Part shown: positions 1 through 9,982 of the stretch, in pieces | Position numbering within the stretch: position 1 is the stretch's first letter | How the letters are laid out: each line of letters opens with the position of its first letter | Origin: an uncultured bacterium | GTDB taxonomy: Bacteria; Lernaellota; Lernaellaia; Lernaellales; Lernaellaceae | NCBI GenBank assembly: GCA_964534375.1 | Contig: CAZHPN010000178.1 | Location: 1-12,177 of the forward strand | Direction of reading: 5' to 3' | Length of the DNA: 12,177 bases | Program-made: the position numbers and the translations under genes | The notes under the pieces: generated by a model | Told to the model about the DNA's origin: nothing | Database searches by the model: none | What the model saw: only the letters and a program-made list of their open reading frames with translations

Positions 1-303
1 CCGGTTTCCTTCACGGGCGGGCAATTCGAGGGCGTCATCGGCAAACGCGACATCACCATGACGCTCACGGCCAGCGACGCCGATCGCACGCTTGCCGGCA
101 GTTTTCGGTACGAAGGCAAAGGCCGGCCCCTGCCCGTATCCGGCGCCTACGAAACCGACGGCCGATTCACGCTGGCGGAAAAAATCGACGGAAAAGTCGT
201 GGCCGAATTCACCGGAACGGTCACATCGGACTCGTTATCGGGCGAGTGGCGCACTAAGAGCGGCAAGCGATCACTCGCCTTCCGGGCAACGCGTTCAGAT
301 TAA
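1..303 (+). CDS. Hypothetical protein, 3' part (5' truncated by window edge); small beta-rich domain
   Basis: The frame is open from base 1 (PVSFTGGQFEGVIGKRDITMTLTAS...SGEWRTKSGKRSLAFRATRSD) to TAA 301-303, with GC-rich third positions. The ATG at 58 is probably internal. Confidence 0.75.
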   Translation, partial: PVSFTGGQFEGVIGKRDITMTLTASDADRTLAGSFRYEGKGRPLPVSGAYETDGRFTLAEKIDGKVVAEFTGTVTSDSLSGEWRTKSGKRSLAFRATRSD

Positions 304-340
304 GGAATATCGCTCAGTTTTCAATCACGTATTTAGAATC

Positions 341-458
341 ATGGGAATTCTGGGAAGCCTGGGAAGCCTGGGAAATCTGTGAATCATGAAAAACCCAGGC
401 CCGACGCCAACGACTGTCTCGTAATTCCCATCACTCCCAGAATTCCCATAATTCCAGT
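341..458. repeat. Two inverted arrays of 9-bp tandem repeats between convergent genes
   Basis: Left array 341-385: ATGGGAATT CTGGGAAGC CTGGGAAGC CTGGGAAAT CTGTGAATC. Right array 423-458: AATTCCCAT CACTCCCAG AATTCCCAT AATTCCAGT. 341-355 is the exact reverse complement of 435-449 (15 bp). Confidence 0.85.
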
Positions 459-502
459 GGCGCGCCCGTCTTGCCGAGCTTCTCCTATTGCGCTTGGCCT
501 CG

Positions 503-547
503 TTTTTTCCTTTTTCCTTTTTTTTCCTTCTTCCTTCCCTACTTCCT
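503..547. repeat. Polypyrimidine tract with degenerate TTCCTTY units right after the stop of the minus-strand S8 gene
   Basis: TTTTTTCCTTTTTCCTTTTTTTTCCTTCTTCCTTCCCTACTTCCT is almost purely T/C in a GC-rich genome. Confidence 0.6.
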
Positions 548-3500
548 CAGCATCCGCACCCGCTCTTATTGTTCGCCGCGGCGTGTCCGGGGTGCGGCGT
601 CGTGTCGTCGTCCGCGTTGTCGTCGTCGGCGGTGTCGTCGTCGTCATCGTCATCTGTCGGGCTGGTCGGATACGCCAGGTTGGAAATCGGCGACAACAGA
701 TTGGCGGTGTCGATCGTGCGCAGGGCGAAGACTTTCGCGCCGGCGGCCGTGACGACGGCGGCGGCCGCGGTGCCGCCCGGCTGCGGCTTCGGCGCGTCGG
801 CGGCGACGGCGGCCGTCTGCCAGACGTTCGGGTCGCGCAGATTGGCGCTCGCATCCGTCGCATAACGAATGTCATAGGAAGCGGGCACGCCGCAGCGGCC
901 TTCGTCGCCGGGCGCGGTGAAACGCAGGTCGAACGAAGTCGCGTCGCCGGTCGTGAACGCCTGCAGATCGGTCGTCATCACCGGCGGCGTCGCGTGGGCG
1001 CCGTAGAAGCCGCTGTTGTAGGCGTCGTGGTGGAAGCGCATCCAGTCGCCGTTTGGTTCAATGCCGTTGCACTCCGGCCCTTGCGTCCGCCACGCGTACA
1101 GCCGGCCTTCGTGGGTGAGCGTCACAACTTCGACGAAGCCGTCGCCGTCAATGTCGCCGACCACGGGGGTGCCGGTCGTCCAACCTTGGTTGTATTTGGG
1201 CCAGCCCGCCGCCTCCTGCTGCTGACTGTCGACGGCGTGGATCAGGTAGCCGCCGCTGCCGGCGATCATCCTGGGTTGCCCGGAGCCGTCGACCTGGGCG
1301 ACGAGCGGATTGACGAAGAAATTGATGTCTTCCAGATGCTGGACCATCTTCGCGCCGGCGATCGGCGTATCGACCCGCCAGGCGGCGACGTCGAACGATT
1401 CCAGATAAAACGTTTTTTTCGAATCCTGAAGGAAACCGACGGTTGGGAAGAAGTACCAGGGGATTCCCGAGTCGTCGAAGCGCGCGAACGAGCCGCCGCC
1501 GGTAGAGGCGATGTTCAGGCCGGCGCCCAACTGCGTGACCGTGGTTGCGCCGCCGTCCCAGGAGATCATTTGCGGGAACCAGAAGAACGAGCCGACGCCG
1601 ACCAGCAACTGGTCGTTTTGCATCAGCGCCGCAGGGCTCGACGTCGAGCCGATCGTCACCGGCGGAATCGGCAGCGAGTTGCCGAGCGGGGCGAGCGGCG
1701 TGGCCGGCCAGCCGGGCAGGAAGGGGCCGTTGGAATTGAGCATGCCGTTCCAATAAACGGCGTACACGCGGCTGGTCGGCAGCAGGCCTTCGTTGCAAGT
1801 CTCGGTCGTGGCGACGATCACCGCCGGGTGGCCCGAAATGTCGGGATTTTGGTAATTGCTCGGGGCGAGAATGCCCACGGCCGGCGTGCCGAGCACTTCC
1901 GCCGGGCCGTTGCTTTCACAATACTTGTCGGGCGTGACCAGGCCGGCGGCCTGCGACGAATCGAGCTTCACGGGCCAGCCGGGCTCGAGCGCGACCAGGG
2001 CTTTCGAGCCCTCGGGAACCGGTTTCCACGCGTAGATCTTCTGATCGTTGGAGGCGGCGATGATCTCGAGCACGCCGTCGAGGTCCAGATCGGCTAGCAC
2101 GGGGCTGGCGAGGAATCCGTTGCCGTGGCCGTAACTGAGCGCCGTGCTGTTGTCCGGCGCGTCCGCCGACACCGGGAAGCCTTGCAGGAACGGCCCGCCG
2201 GCGTGGTTGTTGCCGTCCGGATGCACTACGTACACCTTGCCGTACCAGGTGGCGACAACGATGTACGGCACGCCGTCGCCGAACAACTGGCCGACCGCGA
2301 CGGAGGCGATCACCGTGTCCGGCCACCGCCCTTCCTCAGGCAGCAGCACCGGAAAACCCGGCGCCGGGGCGAATTCGCCGGTCGTGGGGTTGCGTTTGTA
2401 AACCTCGACCGTCGAATGCGCGGTGGCGAAAATGATTTCCAAGCCGCCGTTGTTGTCGCCGTCGAGGTCATACAGCAAGGGGCTCGACTCGCCCGAGGCG
2501 CCGATCTCGATCGGGAAGCCGGGCAACAGGCCGGTGGTCGGGCTGTCGTCGATGTGCCAGCCGATCGCCTTGCGCGCCTCGCCGAGCACTTTCTGACCGT
2601 CCGCCTGATACCACGCCTGAACGCGCACGGTGACCGTGAAATCGTTGATCTTGGCGGGTATGCGGCGCAACCAGGCGTCATTGACGTATTTCAACGGCTG
2701 GACCGTCGCCAACGTGCCGTTCGTCTGCGCCGTGCCCGAGCCGGTCGTCACCGTGACGAACTCCGCGTCGAGCGGCTCGACGCCCAGCCCGATCTGGACG
2801 GCGTATTGATACGCCCGGCCGCGCGCATTGACCTGGCCGACGACGTCGAAGGTCGGCGTCTGCGACGGGTCGATGGTCTGCCACCACAGCGGCTCGGTGA
2901 TCCGCACGTCGGGCGGAATATGTTGCGGCGTGCCGAACAACGGGTCGCCGAGGGCCTGGAGCGCCGATTTCGCGTTGGCGCGGCCATAGCCGAAGTTCTG
3001 GCCCCAGCCGACCTGGCAGCCGCCCAGGTTGAAGGCGAAGCAGTTGCTGGCGATGTTGTCGGCGGTCATGTTCAACAATTCGCGGACTTCGCCGGGCGTC
3101 AGCTTCAAGCCCAGTTGCTTGGCGTACGAAATGAGCAGGCCGGCCATGCCGGCGGCGTTGCCCGTCGCGGTCGAGGTGCACTGGTCGGAGCTGAAACTGG
3201 CCTGAATGCTGGCGCCGTAGTTGGTGCAATAGCTTTCGACAAAGGCCAGCATCGACAGATTGACCGGCCCGAACAGTTCGACCGGCGGAATCGGGAAAAT
3301 GGCCTTCAGACTGTAAACGTCCTCGCCGGCGCCGGGGTAAATGTGCTGCATTCCCAGTTCGTCGCCGGACGCCACGACGATGAAAATGCCGGCGTTGTAC
3401 GCGTCGATGAAGGCCTGTTGCGCTTCCTCGCTGAAATTGTAGGCGCCGGCGGCGATGACGATGATGTCCGCGCCGATCATCCGGGCGTAGTCGACCCCCG

Positions 3501-4569
3501 CGGCCATCGTGTTGAACTCGTCGACGACCGCGTCGCCGACCCGCACCATCAACACGGAGCAATCGGGGCAGGTTCCGGGCCGGCTGCCCTGGCCGTTGTC
3601 GGCGATCTGGACGGCATCGCGGGCGATGCCGCCGCCGTGATCGCCCTCGGGAAAGCTGTCGACGCCCAACGGCGTGTTGACGTTGCGGAACATGTCCCAA
3701 CCGCTGATGTCGTTGACGAAGCCGTTGTGGTCGTGGTCGACGCCATCGGAGAAGGCGGCGAAAACGTCCGCCAAATCGACGTAGGTTTGGCCGTCGACGC
3801 GCCCCACGCGCGGATCGTTGGCGTAATCCTCGACGCTGAACTTGCCGTCGCCGTTGCAATCCCAGTTCGGGCACGGCGTGCCGTTGGCGTCCTCGGGTTG
3901 CGGCAACTCGCCTTTGTTTAAGTAGATGTTGTTCAGCAAACTCGTGTCGGTGAAGTTGGCAAAGCCGTCATCGAGCACGACGATCAGCGTGCTCGGATCG
4001 CCGGTCGTGATTTTCCAGGCCTCGGTCACCGACATGCCGGGAATGTAATTAATTTTGGTGGGATCCGTCTGCTCGGGGTTTTCCGGATTGAAGCCGTAGA
4101 GGCAGGCGGCCCCGCTCAGAGTGATGTCGCCCGGCGCCAGAATGCTGAGGTTGTTGGGAATGTTGACGACGAATACGCCGAGCGACGGCAAGGCGCCGGT
4201 GAAGGCCCCGCCGTCGACGTCGCGCAACGCGGCGGACAGCGCGACCTGCAAGCGGCGGCCGAAGACGAAATTCCCGCCGGTCGGCGTGAAGGTCAACGTG
4301 TCGTTGGCGACGTTCGTTTGGCCCAGGGTCGACGTGCCCGGGACCGCGACGGAAGTGCGCAGGTTGGTCACGGTCACCGGGTTGGCGCCGACGGTGCTCG
4401 GGTTGAGCGACTGGTCGAACACCAGAACGAGCGGCTCATTGTCCTGGACGACGAAGCGATTGTAATTCGGCTCCATCGATACGACCGAAAACGCCTGCGC
4501 GGCTTGCGGCGCCAGCCACACGGCTGCCAGAACGCATGCACCTAGCGAGAAAACGCGACCGAACTTCAT
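547..4569 (-). CDS. Secreted multidomain S8 (subtilase)-family serine peptidase-like protein: signal peptide, Ig-like (Big_5-type) domain, S8 domain, FG-GAP/VCBS-like repeats, Fn3-like domain, Asp-rich linker, C-terminal SGCGC (1340 aa)
   Basis: Start MKFGRVFSLGACVLAAVWLAPQAAQA (ATG at 4569, GGAGG 8 nt upstream, AQA signal peptidase site). S8-like motifs: IVVLDDG (Asp), GDHGGGIA (His), CTSTATGNAAG (Ser), GQNFGYGRANA. Ca-binding-like DCNGDGKFSVED and DHDHNGFVNDISGWD. Repeats LYDLDGD, LADLDLDGVLEII and VGDIDGDGFVEVV with (L/A)xG(F/W)P spacers. FTAPGDEG..ASYDIRY near the C-terminus. Confidence 0.85.
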   Translation of the reverse strand: MKFGRVFSLGACVLAAVWLAPQAAQAFSVVSMEPNYNRFVVQDNEPLVLVFDQSLNPSTVGANPVTVTNLRTSVAVPGTSTLGQTNVANDTLTFTPTGGNFVFGRRLQVALSAALRDVDGGAFTGALPSLGVFVVNIPNNLSILAPGDITLSGAACLYGFNPENPEQTDPTKINYIPGMSVTEAWKITTGDPSTLIVVLDDGFANFTDTSLLNNIYLNKGELPQPEDANGTPCPNWDCNGDGKFSVEDYANDPRVGRVDGQTYVDLADVFAAFSDGVDHDHNGFVNDISGWDMFRNVNTPLGVDSFPEGDHGGGIARDAVQIADNGQGSRPGTCPDCSVLMVRVGDAVVDEFNTMAAGVDYARMIGADIIVIAAGAYNFSEEAQQAFIDAYNAGIFIVVASGDELGMQHIYPGAGEDVYSLKAIFPIPPVELFGPVNLSMLAFVESYCTNYGASIQASFSSDQCTSTATGNAAGMAGLLISYAKQLGLKLTPGEVRELLNMTADNIASNCFAFNLGGCQVGWGQNFGYGRANAKSALQALGDPLFGTPQHIPPDVRITEPLWWQTIDPSQTPTFDVVGQVNARGRAYQYAVQIGLGVEPLDAEFVTVTTGSGTAQTNGTLATVQPLKYVNDAWLRRIPAKINDFTVTVRVQAWYQADGQKVLGEARKAIGWHIDDSPTTGLLPGFPIEIGASGESSPLLYDLDGDNNGGLEIIFATAHSTVEVYKRNPTTGEFAPAPGFPVLLPEEGRWPDTVIASVAVGQLFGDGVPYIVVATWYGKVYVVHPDGNNHAGGPFLQGFPVSADAPDNSTALSYGHGNGFLASPVLADLDLDGVLEIIAASNDQKIYAWKPVPEGSKALVALEPGWPVKLDSSQAAGLVTPDKYCESNGPAEVLGTPAVGILAPSNYQNPDISGHPAVIVATTETCNEGLLPTSRVYAVYWNGMLNSNGPFLPGWPATPLAPLGNSLPIPPVTIGSTSSPAALMQNDQLLVGVGSFFWFPQMISWDGGATTVTQLGAGLNIASTGGGSFARFDDSGIPWYFFPTVGFLQDSKKTFYLESFDVAAWRVDTPIAGAKMVQHLEDINFFVNPLVAQVDGSGQPRMIAGSGGYLIHAVDSQQQEAAGWPKYNQGWTTGTPVVGDIDGDGFVEVVTLTHEGRLYAWRTQGPECNGIEPNGDWMRFHHDAYNSGFYGAHATPPVMTTDLQAFTTGDATSFDLRFTAPGDEGRCGVPASYDIRYATDASANLRDPNVWQTAAVAADAPKPQPGGTAAAAVVTAAGAKVFALRTIDTANLLSPISNLAYPTSPTDDDDDDDTADDDNADDDTTPHPGHAAANNKSGCGC
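604..654 (-). repeat. Asp-rich low-complexity linker (DDDDDDDTADDDNADDD) within the S8 gene
   Basis: Runs of GAC/GAT codons ending 18 codons before the stop. Confidence 0.9.
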
Positions 4570-4717
4570 GAGTCCGCCTCCGACTGTGAAGCGAGAAAGA
4601 AACCTTGACCGCGCGACTTTATCACGGCTTGCCGTCGCGCGCCACACTTGACCGGCGCCCGTGAAACAACAAAGATGCCGCAACAACGAGGCGGCTTATT
4701 CAACGCGGGTAAACATC

Positions 4718-5605
4718 ATGGCGCACAAGAGCATCGATTTCCTCGGCCACAAAGCAGTCGAATTGACCACGCCGGCGCTGCGGCTGGCTGCGGTGTACGA
4801 GCACGGGCCGCGAATTGCGTTTTTCGGCGCGCGCGAGGGCGAGAACCTGCTGCATTGGGAACCGCACCAACGTGGGCGCAAAGACTGGGATTTGATGGGC
4901 GGCCATCGCGTCTGGATCACGCGGCCCGGCGCCGACGAGAGCGAAGAGTCGTATCGTCCCGACAACGGGCCGGCCGCGGTCGAAACCGCGGGCGACGGTT
5001 TCACGCTGACCGGCGCGCTCGACCCGCTCAACGTGACGCGGCGCGGGTTTCGCGTGCGCGTCCTCGGCGAACGCACGGTCGAAGTCGATAACTTCCTGAT
5101 CAACGAAGGCGACATGCTCTACAGTGGCGGCCTCTGGGCGCTGACCTGCACCGCGCCGCGCGCCGGCACGCGTTACGCCGCGCCGCTCGGCGACGGCTCG
5201 CGGTGGGACAATTTCCACATGGTGTATTTCAAGCGCTGGGCCGGAACCGAAGCGCTGGTTGACGATCCGCAGTTCCGGCTGACGGAAGATCTGCTGCTGA
5301 TCGAGCCGCGCGGCCGCGTCAACAAACGCATGCTGCTCGCGCCCTTCGGCGCGATGGCGATGAGCGACCCGGCGCGCGGCGTGACCTTCGCCAAGCGCGT
5401 CGCCTACGAGCCGCGCGGCGCGTATCCGCTTGGGACGAATCAGGCGTATTACATCGGCCCCGACAATTTCATGGTCGAGATGGAAACCATGGGTCCGGCC
5501 GCGACGGTCAAACCCGGCGAGGCGCTGCACCACGTCGAAACCTGGACGCTGCGCGCCGGCGCGCTCGCCTTCGCCGACGCGGCCGAGGTTTTGGATCTGT
5601 TCTAA
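4718..5605 (+). CDS. DUF4380-like / galactose-mutarotase-fold hypothetical protein (295 aa)
   Basis: Motifs GPRIAFFG..GENLL, GGHRVW..P...ESYRPDN and EMETMGP..TVKPGE..HHVETW resemble this family. Codon usage is typical of the genome. Start is taken as ATG 4718 rather than GTG 4661. Confidence 0.65.
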   Translation: MAHKSIDFLGHKAVELTTPALRLAAVYEHGPRIAFFGAREGENLLHWEPHQRGRKDWDLMGGHRVWITRPGADESEESYRPDNGPAAVETAGDGFTLTGALDPLNVTRRGFRVRVLGERTVEVDNFLINEGDMLYSGGLWALTCTAPRAGTRYAAPLGDGSRWDNFHMVYFKRWAGTEALVDDPQFRLTEDLLLIEPRGRVNKRMLLAPFGAMAMSDPARGVTFAKRVAYEPRGAYPLGTNQAYYIGPDNFMVEMETMGPAATVKPGEALHHVETWTLRAGALAFADAAEVLDLF

Positions 5606-7530
5606 ATCGACGTTTTCTGAAAATACTTCTCGAACGCCGCCTGCCGCTCCGCGTCCGCATTGTGGTCGAAATAGAAACTGCGGAACCACGCATAATCCCG
5701 CGCGGCTTCGTCTCGGTTCGTGCCGGGCAACAGCGTGAGATAGCGATCGAGATAAGCCTCGAAATCGACGAATTCCACTTCCGGCGATATCCGGCGAATC
5801 GCTCGCATCAGGTTCCGCTCGTAGATCACGATTTCCCACGTGTTGCTGTTGTAGCCGGGAATTTGCAGGCGCGTCAGCGATTCGCGCTCTCGCGGCTGAT
5901 ACGGAACGTTGTAAACAAAATGCGTGCGCCGCGCGATCAGATCCGCCAACAGCGCTGTTTTCTCGTGGCCGACGAATCCGCTGCGCGCAGCCAAGGCGCG
6001 CCGGCTGATGGCGATATCGGTCAACCCGTGTATATCGACGACGCGCAAGTGCGAATAATATCCCAATCGCCCGATCCCGGCGGCGGCGACCGTGGGAGAA
6101 AGGCCGCGGTTGACGAACAGACGGCGGAGAAAGACCGGACCCCGGCTGCGGGCGTCGTTAATCGAAAGTTCGCCCGGGTCGGCAAAAAATAGTTGACGCA
6201 GACCATCGAAGCCGATGCGATACCCTTGGCAATTGTCGGCCACGTGCCCGCGTTCGCAAGCCGCCAGCGGCGCGGCGCCGTGCGCCGTCGCCAGCAGCAG
6301 CCCGGCCGCGGCATAGCGCGCCCAGGGCGCCCGCCAGACGCCTTTTCCGGTGCGCCGGTGCGGCAGCGAATACACGGCCTCTTCCGCCGCGAGCAGCAGC
6401 AGCGGCGCGACGACGACCAGAAAACGGCCGTACATGAAATCGCCGCCGACGCTGACTACGTAAAACGTATGCCACGCGATTGCGCCGACGGCGAAAACGC
6501 GGAAACGCGCGGCTTGCGGCGTGGCGGCGGGTCGAAAAACCCACGTCAGAATCAGCAGGGCGGCCACCCAGAAATGCGCGCCCAGGTAAAACGACGCCGC
6601 GTAAAACAGCCCCTGCGAAACGTACAAATCGCCGACCGACTTGGCGTAAAAAGTCGCCGGCAGCAGCGAGCCGTAATACGCGAGTTTCCCAACCGCATAG
6701 AGCGGATAAAGCGCGGCCGGCGCGGCGAAGCAGAGCAACCCGCCCTGCCCGTAGGGCTGGGCGACCTCCTCCGCCTCGACGCGAAAAAGGCCCGGCAGCC
6801 GGCCGGACGCGAGCGCGGTGAACGCCGCGACGACGTGGAAAATGAAGGCGTCGGGCCGCATCAGCGTCGCCAGGACAAAGCACAGGCCCGAACCGAACAA
6901 GCGGCGCGGCGTCGGCCGGATGACCAAAAGATACAGGCCCAAATTCACCAGCAGGCTGACGGCCATCGTTTCCATGCCCGAGGTGGCGAATTCGTAGAAT
7001 GTCTCCTGGACCGCGAGCAGGAACACAGCCAGCGGCAAGCGGAGCCGGCTGTCGCCGGGGCGAACGAACGCCTCGGAAAACGCCGCGACCACGAGCAGGT
7101 TGGCGACGAAACACAGCAACGACAGCGACAGCGCCACGGCGGGCGCCGGCAGAGTTTGCAGCCGAAGCAAAATGGCGATGAGCAGCGTCCACAAGAAGTT
7201 CGTGTATCCTTCGACGCGATCGCCGAAGTTGAAAACGAGGCCGTGACCCTCGGCGAGATTCCGCGCATAGCGAAATGAAATAAAGGCATCGTCGACGATC
7301 GAGGCGTTGGCGACGGCAAGATACAAGCCGAGAAAAACGACGGCCCCTGCGGCGAAGCGCTCGATGGTTCGGTTTTGTCGTGCGGTCAGGCCGTGCAATG
7401 ACGGCACGCGCGACCAGAGGAAGCCAAGCACAGCCGGGACGACCGCCAACAACGCTATCGCGCCGCGAATGTCACGGACGTTGCTTAGATAGACGACCAA
7501 CAGATCGCCGTACTGGTGATAGTAGTGCAT
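5602..7530 (-). CDS. Multi-pass membrane GT-C-type glycosyltransferase (AftB/PMT-like) (642 aa)
   Basis: Signature DDAFISFRYARNLAEGHGLVFN.GDRVEGYTNFLW, followed by SGMET, LMRPDA, GGDFMYGRFLV and GYYS..RVVDIHGLTD...GHEK, with many hydrophobic segments. The stop overlaps the convergent gene's stop (5602-5605). Confidence 0.8.
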   Translation of the reverse strand: MHYYHQYGDLLVVYLSNVRDIRGAIALLAVVPAVLGFLWSRVPSLHGLTARQNRTIERFAAGAVVFLGLYLAVANASIVDDAFISFRYARNLAEGHGLVFNFGDRVEGYTNFLWTLLIAILLRLQTLPAPAVALSLSLLCFVANLLVVAAFSEAFVRPGDSRLRLPLAVFLLAVQETFYEFATSGMETMAVSLLVNLGLYLLVIRPTPRRLFGSGLCFVLATLMRPDAFIFHVVAAFTALASGRLPGLFRVEAEEVAQPYGQGGLLCFAAPAALYPLYAVGKLAYYGSLLPATFYAKSVGDLYVSQGLFYAASFYLGAHFWVAALLILTWVFRPAATPQAARFRVFAVGAIAWHTFYVVSVGGDFMYGRFLVVVAPLLLLAAEEAVYSLPHRRTGKGVWRAPWARYAAAGLLLATAHGAAPLAACERGHVADNCQGYRIGFDGLRQLFFADPGELSINDARSRGPVFLRRLFVNRGLSPTVAAAGIGRLGYYSHLRVVDIHGLTDIAISRRALAARSGFVGHEKTALLADLIARRTHFVYNVPYQPRERESLTRLQIPGYNSNTWEIVIYERNLMRAIRRISPEVEFVDFEAYLDRYLTLLPGTNRDEAARDYAWFRSFYFDHNADAERQAAFEKYFQKTSI

Positions 7531-7689
7531 GATTGGCCCGCTGGGCGCTCCGCAGCCTCCGGTTTCCGCATTCAGATGAATTTCTCGGCGTTCGCCCGAT
7601 CATAGGAAAGGCCGTCAGGACGCGCAACCGCGGCGCGACCGGGCCTCGTTCAACAACGCCCGGCGCGACCTGAAATCTGCAAATCGACT

Positions 7690-7721
7690 CGGCGTCGGCG
7701 CCGATCCGCTATCCGACGCCG
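7690..7721. terminator. GC-rich stem-loop just downstream of the Cys-rich gene (possible terminator or RNA-stabilising hairpin)
   Basis: CGGCGTCGG (7690-7698) pairs with CCGACGCCG (7713-7721), 13 nt after the TGA on the minus strand. The minus-strand U-tract is weak. Confidence 0.4.
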
Positions 7722-7734
7722 GCGTTTTTCATGG

Positions 7735-8886
<1,152 letters not shown>

Positions 8887-8928
8887 TCGATCCTCCTCGT
8901 TGAATGCAACTCCGCGTTTAGATAACCT

Positions 8929-8957
8929 ATTTTGGCCATTCCGCCTTCCGAATGCAA
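8929..8957 (-). promoter_or_regulatory. Putative sigma70 promoter of the Cys-rich gene
   Basis: Minus strand TTGCAT-17 bp-CAAAAT, about 42 nt upstream of the ATG. Confidence 0.4.
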
Positions 8958-8982
8958 GCTTTTTCCCTCGCAAAAAGGCCCC

Positions 8983-9010
8983 ATTTCGGATTGCGGATTG
9001 CGGATTGCGG
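8983..9010. repeat. Heptamer tandem repeat (ATTKCGG)x4
   Basis: ATTTCGG ATTGCGG ATTGCGG ATTGCGG in the divergent spacer. Confidence 0.9.
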
Positions 9011-9074
9011 AATGAACCGGCGCGGGGTCTGCGTGGTTTTATCGCGCCCGGTTGGCGAACGGGCATGGCGCCGA

Positions 9075-9101
9075 AAATCCCGTGAGTCCCATTGGTCCCA
9101 A
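9075..9101. repeat. Degenerate nonamer tandem repeat x3 (NNNTCCCRN)
   Basis: AAATCCCGT GAGTCCCAT TGGTCCCAA; same TCCCA core and 9-bp period as 423-458. Confidence 0.55.
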
Positions 9102-9158
9102 ACGTTGCAGCGCGGCCGCAGAAGACGTAAGCTTCTGGCAAAGAGGGCGTCGAACAAC

Positions 9159-9521
9159 ATGGCGCAGAAAGTTGACGATTTATTTCTCGCCGAGATCTCC
9201 GGCCGCCTGGCCCGCGAGTTTCAGCCGGAGTGCATTATTCTGTTCGGCTCGCACGCCTGGGGCGTCCCGACCGAAGACAGCGACATCGACTTGCTCGTCA
9301 TTCTCTCCGACAGCGAAGAACGCCCGGCGCAACGAACGGCGCGCGCCCATCATTGCATGGAAGGCCTGATGATGCCGTTCGACATCCTGGTCAAAACCAG
9401 GGCCGAAGTTGATCGCACGGCGCGCGTCCGCGCCTCACTCATGCGTCAGGCGCTCGAAGAAGGCCGGGTGATTTATGCCGGAGAGCGACAAGATCGAGTT
9501 GGTTCGAGCCTGGCTAAATAA
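9159..9521 (+). CDS. Minimal nucleotidyltransferase (MNT), antitoxin-type partner of HEPN (120 aa)
   Basis: IILFGSHAWG.PTEDSDIDLLVI is the GS-x10-DxD pol-beta motif. It also has FDILV and EEGRVIY, and overlaps the downstream HEPN start. Confidence 0.9.
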   Translation: MAQKVDDLFLAEISGRLAREFQPECIILFGSHAWGVPTEDSDIDLLVILSDSEERPAQRTARAHHCMEGLMMPFDILVKTRAEVDRTARVRASLMRQALEEGRVIYAGERQDRVGSSLAK

Positions 9522-9911
9522 GGCCCGGCACGATTTGAAGTCCGCGCAACGCCTTGGCGCGGGCGCCGATCCGCTTTACGACACAGCCGTATTTCATTGC
9601 CAGCAGGCGGCAGAAAAAGCCGTCAAAGCGTGTCTGGTCTTCTACGACCAAGTGTTCGGCAAAACCCATGACTTGCGGTTGCTGATCGAAGTGGCTGCGC
9701 GTTCGCAACCGGCATTAAGGAAATTCTACCGTTGGCGGAACAGTTGAATATGTACGCGACGACGTTCCGTTATCCGGGTGATTCCCCGGACCCAACGAAG
9801 GATGAATTCGACTCGGCGTTTCACGCGGCGGAAAAAATTCTCGACTTTGTTTTGCGACTGCTGCCGCCCGAGGTGCGTCCGCCGGCCGAGAAACTGCCTT
9901 TACGTTTCTAG
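9475..9911 (+). pseudogene. HEPN-domain protein split by a -1 frameshift (about 145 aa if repaired)
   Basis: Frame 0 (9475-9747) has WLNKARHDL, FHCQQAAEKAVKA and KTHDL. The -1 frame continues KEILPLAEQLNMYATTFRYPGDSPDPTKDEFDSAFHAAEKILDFVLRLLP to TAG 9909-9911, containing the conserved Y..xRYPG motif. Confidence 0.85.
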
Positions 9912-9982
9912 CGCACGGACACCTGTGTTAACGTATCGCTTCGGCGAAAATGAGAAAAATCTGTTGACTTGGAGGATTTCAC

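Noticed and set aside
379..3921. Long plus-strand ORFs 379-2097 and 2125-3921 and other Arg/Ala-rich ORFs
   Set aside because: They are antisense or alternate-frame shadows of the GC-rich S8 gene, with no recognisable motifs.
4570..4686. Extended N-terminus of the S8 ORF (1379 aa)
   Set aside because: The RBS and signal peptide point to ATG 4569, and the extension runs through the divergent promoter region.
8887..9158. N-terminal extensions of the Cys-rich ORF (to 9141) and the MNT ORF (from 8952)
   Set aside because: They translate the heptamer repeat (RNPQSAIRN / LRIADCG). Better starts exist at 8886 and 9159.
9700..9750. Programmed -1 ribosomal frameshift in HEPN
   Set aside because: No canonical slippery heptamer or clear stimulatory structure; a single-base deletion explains it more simply.
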